Shown here in pieces: positions 59,401-64,000 of a stretch of DNA of 64,000 bases (within the stretch, counting starts at the first letter, position 1; every line of letters begins with the position of its first letter). The DNA lies in contig CAXXIA010000002.1 of assembly GCA_963666985.2 (NCBI GenBank), positions 320,001 to 384,000 on the forward strand. The letters are read 5' to 3'. The notes under the pieces were generated by a model. The model ran no database searches. It was given only the letters and a program-made list of their open reading frames with translations, and was not told where the DNA came from. Source of the stretch: Spirochaetia bacterium (GTDB lineage: Bacteria > Spirochaetota > Spirochaetia > DSM-2461). Made by a program: the position numbers and the translations under genes.

Positions 59401-60503
59401 CCTTCTCCCGCGGTAACGACAATCGTCAAATCGTCCCGGAATCCGGTCGCGGGAACGGAAAATGAAAACAATCCGTTCTCATCGGTTTCCACCGTATCGC
59501 CGCCGTTTATGGCTTTCGCCCTCCAGGAGACGGACGAAGAAGGAGCGAAACGGCCTTCTACGGTAACGAAGGAATGATAAAACTCGCCGCTGAGCGGTGT
59601 GTTGATTACAAGGCGGCCGTCTTCGGAATCGGCCCGGACCAGAGGTTTGGGCGCCGGCCGGGGCTCAGGTTCACGCTCGATTACGGGAGCGGGTTTAACT
59701 TCGGCGACGGGCTCGGGCTGAACAATCGGTGCGGGCTCGGGATCGACGACAGGCGCGAGGACGAGTGCCGGTTCCTCAATCCGGGCCGGTTCTGATTCCG
59801 GCTCGATTTCAGGCGCCGGCTCGGCACTTGGTTCAAGGGGAGGCGCGGGTGCCGGTTCGGATTCGGCCGGCGGGACGAGGGCGATAACCGGCTCTTCCTT
59901 CTTCGCTTCCGCCGGAAACGGAGATTCCCCCTCGTCCTTTTCAGGGGCGTTCTTCACCACTTCCCCGGCGGATGGAAGCACGGCTTCCGGTTCATCGTTA
60001 TCCGGTTCTTTGCGGATAGGACCTTTCTCGGCGACATCCGGACGATAAGGACGCACCGAAATGAAAGGTACGAAATCATCGGGATATTCAAAGGGAGATT
60101 CCGAGTCGCCGCCGGTGCGCGTTATACCCCCGGAGAGAACGGGTTGAGTGCTATTCTCGGCGGCGGTAATTTCCGCCGCGGATTCCACCGAGAAATCGGT
60201 CTGCTCAGATTCCTTATCCGAAGGAATAAACACCTCTGCCGCCGAAATTTCGGCGGCAGATCCGCCGGAGGTCTCCGGAATAAGAATCTCTTTGATTTCA
60301 CCCGGTTCCGACTCGGCGGACGAAGCGATTTCAGATTCCGGATCGTCAAAAACATGTTCACTCTCATCTTCCGCCGAATAGACAATGGCCGGATCCTCAA
60401 CCTTGGAAGACGGTCCGCAGCCTAAAAATAAGATTCCGGCGGAAAGGGCCAGAGCGAAAAGAAAAAGACCGAATAAAAGCCCTCGGAGACGTCCGCCCAT
60501 CAT
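56472..60503 (-). CDS. large lipoprotein: Pro/Glu-rich linker, Ig/FN3-like domains, LVIVD repeats
   Basis: lipobox LFLGC; repeated G.YAYVA....GL.I.DIS.P..P. Confidence 0.88.
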   Translation of the reverse strand: MMGGRLRGLLFGLFLFALALSAGILFLGCGPSSKVEDPAIVYSAEDESEHVFDDPESEIASSAESEPGEIKEILIPETSGGSAAEISAAEVFIPSDKESEQTDFSVESAAEITAAENSTQPVLSGGITRTGGDSESPFEYPDDFVPFISVRPYRPDVAEKGPIRKEPDNDEPEAVLPSAGEVVKNAPEKDEGESPFPAEAKKEEPVIALVPPAESEPAPAPPLEPSAEPAPEIEPESEPARIEEPALVLAPVVDPEPAPIVQPEPVAEVKPAPVIEREPEPRPAPKPLVRADSEDGRLVINTPLSGEFYHSFVTVEGRFAPSSSVSWRAKAINGGDTVETDENGLFSFSVPATGFRDDLTIVVTAGEGTEAEASAVIDLYNDGEGPAVDFSSPVNGAYYGDSLEVAGRVGPGSTDLPGIDEVASLSWSLSGEADTLRPIFFNPDGTFRFNVDMGEVEGNQTFRVVAKDLNGNVTRRECSLADGRLSPSIVLSGPSGSDEYGAAIRLRGRIIDPYRDSEELGGIESLSYEILGTEAKTRDGLLSGEIPINADGGFDLPIFTDELQGRQRITLLITGKNGRTRTESVILKQGKSAIPDFNVRSSDGKALASWNPLPTAEGYELVVSGDRNAVKRYSAAAGPVEVPRLENGRLYRFRLEASTARGRFSSHEVSVIPLSPETLRPEVSGEYRRIRVSWNPIQGSERYCLYRSRNPEGPMELIAENLTQSPFLDTGVEYGTEYWYAAAPAAFPDEISRASKGSTLAQQEARLEKLARVSGQENAGITVVGDYAYVAAFDEGLFLYDITESTRPGVSGTLSFSGALDIAVRGDYAYVASGEEGIRIVNISDPVHPFLVGSRKAGDAAAVGVEGNYVYAADREKGLRILDISNPQSPLRISATEGLVGQDLLVSGRTVYLATENKGLVILDAADPSSPKILSSLESGTLRSLTLRGGLLAASGRTGGLVLIDVSRPDSPKILSHLPDVNASRICLMGDFALALGEQTLHVVDIRIPQKPSIFDSIEMEGSYSFAVHGDDILVTTREGLEVYRTFLTGQSYVLLGRDLPGRSYDLMRYGEHLYVSAHAGGVHILDARSLEPVADLETDYAEKTAVRGPWLFVADGISGLRVYRRGESPDQTVGEPVVVFENLGRISDIVNAADALYAASSDSGLVMISEGPEGSEEPHIVGTADLPGCRAVAADGNYLYASDGKDIVGFVRLPGGPPQEISRIRFPGVFHLAASDGIAAATNADGVTLLKNDGSGNLTPIESLAYPSMACAGFDNSGRRLFLSGGIHGFMLYDITRPERPVLLSRCPDVFALSGDIEEDRAFIADGDGIRQLQVFVPNWLR

Positions 60504-63500
60504 TCGGTGACCGATGTGATCGTCGTATTATCGGTCGCGGAACCTTCGTTGCCCGCGGCATCTTCAGCCGTTACGGAAATTGTGAGGGGGGAAACAGCAG
60601 CGGCCGGTACATAGGTAGCCGTCCAGGCGCTCCCGCTGTAACCGACACTCGCGGCCGAAGCCGTTCCGGAAGCCGTACTAAAGGTAACGTTGCTCGTATC
60701 CAATCCGGCTGTTATGGCCGTGCCGCCGTCCGTAACGGTAAAGGTTACGGTTATCGTGGTTCCAGCCGAAACGGAACCGGTCGGCGAGATGCCGGTGATG
60801 GTAACCGTCGGAGGCGTCGTATCAACGATCGCGATTGTTTCGGTATCGCTGCCTTCATTGCCCGCGCTGTCCTCCGCCGTCACGACAATAGCGAAGGAAG
60901 ATGATGTCGCGGTCGGTGTATAGGTGGCCTTCCAGGCGCTGTCGGTCGAGCTGTAGCCGACACTCGCGGCGGCATTCCCTCCGAAGGTAACGTTGCTCGT
61001 ATTCAAGCCGCTTGTAACGGCCGTAGAGCCGTCCACGACGGTAAAGGTAACGGTGATTAACGTTCCAACCTCGACGGTTCCCCCCGAGGGCGAAACACCC
61101 GTAATCGTCACAACCGGAGGCGTCGTATCGACGATCGCGATTGTTTCGGTATCGCTGCCTTCATTGCCCGCGCTGTCCTCCGCCGTCACGACAATAGCGA
61201 AGGAAGATGATGTCGCGGTCGGTGTGTACGCGGCCGTCCAAACACCGCTGCCGTAGCCGACACTCGCGGCGGCATTCCCTCCGAAGGTAACGTTGCTCGT
61301 ATTCAAGCCGCTTGTAACGGCCGTAGAGCCGTCCACGACGGTAAAGGTAACGGTGATTAACGTTCCAACCTCGACGGTTCCCCCCGAGGGCGAGATGCCC
61401 GTAATCGTCACAACCGGAGGCGTCGTGTCGACGATTGATGTGATGCTTGTGCTGTTTGTTACGGAATTTTGGTTCCCAAGAAAATCATCGGCCGTCACCT
61501 TAATCGCCAGGGCACTTGATTGCACCGTGGTCGGTGTGTATGTGGCCGTCCATACACCGCTGCCGTAGCCGACACTCGCGGCGGAAGCTCCCCCGAATGT
61601 AACGGTGATATCATCAGAGTCCGTTATGTTCGTACCGTCGTCTTTAGCCGTGAAGGTTACCGTAACCACTGTTCCGGCTTCAACGGCTCCGGTCGGCGAA
61701 ACATTGGTGATGGAAATCGTCGGTCCTGTGTAATCAAGAGTCAGCACATCTTCGTCATGGAAAGCGCCGTCGGAGGAAGCATTCCCCGCCACATCGGCAT
61801 ACGTAAATTCATAATCAACCGAGCCTTCGGCGTGGCTTGAATCGTTTATTGTCAGCGATCCGGAATAAACACCGTCGGTTCCTGTGGCGGATAAGGTGAT
61901 TTCCTCAGTGTCTCCGCCATCGAAGATCAACAGAAATTCGGAAGCCGATAGATCCAAAACACGGCCGACGTCAACGGTAATTCCAAGGTCATCGCCGCTC
62001 ACGGCGTAATCGGAATAGGCGGCGTTGTCCGTATTCTCAACGACGATATCGATATCGGCATCATCGGGAACATCATGGTAATACACGACAGGCGAATATT
62101 GAGCATCACCGCTGAGTGTTTCATCGATGGAAGTGGAATTGCCCAAAACATCTTCCGCCGTAATGGTAAACGGAATATTGGAATTGTTGTATGAATCATA
62201 CTGACTTGAATTGGCGTTTTTCGACGGGAGTGTGTAAGACGCCGTCCAGAGGCTCCCGCTCAAGGTGGGCGTAATGCTGTCCTCACCGATGGTTACCGTC
62301 GGAACGTCGCTCGTGTCGTATCCGGATAGAGAGTCGGTAACGGTGAATTGGATTTCCACCGTTTCACCGTAATGGGCGTAAGCATCTCCGTCGCCCACGT
62401 TGAAATCGGTTATATCGATGACCGGACCGTTATTGTCTGCGTAAACCGTAATGCTCTGCTGAGAATAATCGCTTCCACTGCTCGAAGCCGCTTTAGCCGT
62501 CAGAGTCACATTGGAACTGTGAGAGGAAAGATTAATGGAACCGGTAACATACTGAGTGGAAGAATCATAGGTGAATCCCGACGTCTGTTCCGTCGTCGTC
62601 CCCGACGAAGCGGCCGTGAGATAGAAATCATACAGATCCGTATAACCCGGTTCGGACCAGATTTCAAAATCGACGCTCGGTGCGTTCGATGTGGAAAAAT
62701 ACGTTCGGGGGGACGATGTCGGGCTGACAATGGACAGCTGAACCGTTCCGTCGTTCTTGGATAAATAATCGCCGTCTTCATAGCCGTGTCCGTTGCGGTC
62801 TTCCGCCCCTACCGTAATATTCAGAGATGAAGGAACGGTCGACGGAAGAGTCATGACGGCGGAAAATGTCCGGGCGGCAATATTCAGTTCAAAATCAAAT
62901 CCCTGGGATTTGCTGCTATGCACGGAGATGGTCCCGGTTTCTCCGCTGTCCACGGCGGCGGCGACATCAAGATAAACTTCGCTTTCATCCACGCCGAGTT
63001 CCGGTATATCCAAAGTCAGAAGGGAAACCTCATCAAGATCCGTCGCGCCGCCGATATAATCCTCATAAGAATTACCGACGATTCCGGTTATCGATATTTC
63101 ATCCCCTCCCACATAGGTTGATGAGGCAAAACCGTCCAAAACGATATAGGGACCGTCGCTTTCCCTTAAGGTGATATTCGTGGACGATTCGTTCCCATTA
63201 AAATCCACGGCGGTAATATCAATCTGCATGCTGCTGGAACTGAAGTCGTTTGTATCCATTTCGAACGAAAAATCACCGGTGGAAGCATTGAAGTCGATCA
63301 AAACTTCGCCCTTGCTTGTAACCTGTGTAACGTTTCCTTCGGTATCGACGGTGATGTATCCGCAGTACTGCAAAAGGGAACTGGCCGTAAACGAAAGTGA
63401 ACTGACGGAGCCCTTCCCGTCTCCGGATGTTATGGCGTCGTCCTCTATCGTTCCTTCTACGATCACCGTTGAATAATAATTGCTGTTGTCGTCGGGTGAA

Positions 63501-63646
63501 GTAACGGTGATTATCGGAGCATATTCATCTTCCACTGCCGCAACGAGGGATTCGGTAATCGGTGCACACGTTACAAGCATCAAATTAAACAGAACAATGG
63601 TAATACGGCTGATAATTTTCACTGTATTTTTCATAAGTTTGCCCAT
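60500..63646 (-). CDS. Ser/Thr-rich lipoprotein with tandem bacterial Ig-like domains
   Basis: lipobox LVTC; DTTPP.VTI....P...V..GT.ITVTFT...AEDSAGNEG repeats. Confidence 0.88.
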   Translation of the reverse strand: MGKLMKNTVKIISRITIVLFNLMLVTCAPITESLVAAVEDEYAPIITVTSPDDNSNYYSTVIVEGTIEDDAITSGDGKGSVSSLSFTASSLLQYCGYITVDTEGNVTQVTSKGEVLIDFNASTGDFSFEMDTNDFSSSSMQIDITAVDFNGNESSTNITLRESDGPYIVLDGFASSTYVGGDEISITGIVGNSYEDYIGGATDLDEVSLLTLDIPELGVDESEVYLDVAAAVDSGETGTISVHSSKSQGFDFELNIAARTFSAVMTLPSTVPSSLNITVGAEDRNGHGYEDGDYLSKNDGTVQLSIVSPTSSPRTYFSTSNAPSVDFEIWSEPGYTDLYDFYLTAASSGTTTEQTSGFTYDSSTQYVTGSINLSSHSSNVTLTAKAASSSGSDYSQQSITVYADNNGPVIDITDFNVGDGDAYAHYGETVEIQFTVTDSLSGYDTSDVPTVTIGEDSITPTLSGSLWTASYTLPSKNANSSQYDSYNNSNIPFTITAEDVLGNSTSIDETLSGDAQYSPVVYYHDVPDDADIDIVVENTDNAAYSDYAVSGDDLGITVDVGRVLDLSASEFLLIFDGGDTEEITLSATGTDGVYSGSLTINDSSHAEGSVDYEFTYADVAGNASSDGAFHDEDVLTLDYTGPTISITNVSPTGAVEAGTVVTVTFTAKDDGTNITDSDDITVTFGGASAASVGYGSGVWTATYTPTTVQSSALAIKVTADDFLGNQNSVTNSTSITSIVDTTPPVVTITGISPSGGTVEVGTLITVTFTVVDGSTAVTSGLNTSNVTFGGNAAASVGYGSGVWTAAYTPTATSSSFAIVVTAEDSAGNEGSDTETIAIVDTTPPVVTITGVSPSGGTVEVGTLITVTFTVVDGSTAVTSGLNTSNVTFGGNAAASVGYSSTDSAWKATYTPTATSSSFAIVVTAEDSAGNEGSDTETIAIVDTTPPTVTITGISPTGSVSAGTTITVTFTVTDGGTAITAGLDTSNVTFSTASGTASAASVGYSGSAWTATYVPAAAVSPLTISVTAEDAAGNEGSATDNTTITSVTE
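60810..61430 (-). repeat. near-identical ~300-306-bp intragenic tandem duplication
   Basis: 60961-61080 is identical to 61261-61380; more diverged copies flank it. Confidence 0.92.
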
Positions 63647-63650
63647 ACCC

Positions 63651-63998
63651 CTACTCCTCGATAAACATGATTTCGCCGGAGCCTTTCATCTCGGCGGCAC
63701 GAGCGCCCCGGGTATCGGCCAAGTAGGAGTATTTATCCGCCAATGCAGGATTGATATTTTTCAGTTTCTCCGAGTAATAATCGGCCAAGTCATAATTTTC
63801 CACTTCATAGTAGGTTTTCGAAATATTCAAAAGAAGCCGTGAATAAGCGGAGGAATCCGTCCGGCCGCTCTCTTCGAATCGTTTCTCCGCGTCATGAAAC
63901 AGACGAAGAGCGTTCTGATACTCTTCACGGAGGTAATAGATATTGGCAAGATTGATCTTCGCGGAGATGTAATTCCGATCCTTGGCCAAAGCATTGTT
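63651..63998 (-). CDS. C-terminal part of a TPR protein (truncated at window edge)
   Basis: AKINLANIYY...NISKTYY TPR pattern; frame stays open to the window end. Confidence 0.75.
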   Translation of the reverse strand, partial: NNALAKDRNYISAKINLANIYYLREEYQNALRLFHDAEKRFEESGRTDSSAYSRLLLNISKTYYEVENYDLADYYSEKLKNINPALADKYSYLADTRGARAAEMKGSGEIMFIEE

Positions 63999-64000
63999 GA

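Overview
Bacterial chromosomal window, moderately GC-rich. Gene content and order (prfA...prmC-rel, paired Maf/DUF115 genes, very acidic protein, SH3/TPR/LysM lipoproteins) suggest a free-living Spirochaetota member; this is inference only. The housekeeping backbone includes galE, cysK, metY, gpgS, tsaC, ftsB-like, an ABC-F, xth, prfA, prmC, rel, trmL and fhs, plus a subclass B1 metallo-beta-lactamase. About 19 kb of accessory DNA separates prfA from prmC. Its core is a tightly coupled candidate defence operon: HEPN-like/SF1 helicase, hsdM, an AbiF/AbiD-like HEPN gene preceded by a small structured RNA-like hairpin and flanked by a 21-bp direct repeat, hsdS and hsdR. A HigB/HigA-IrrE module and a VapBC module follow. 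Other notable signals are an unannotated ~210-nt structured element with GNRA tetraloops between rel and trmL, several apparently leaderless genes, a degenerate M20 peptidase coupled to gpgS, and several tandem repeats. I saw no rRNA, tRNA, CRISPR array, integrase or transposase. All calls come from motif recognition by eye; no searches were run.
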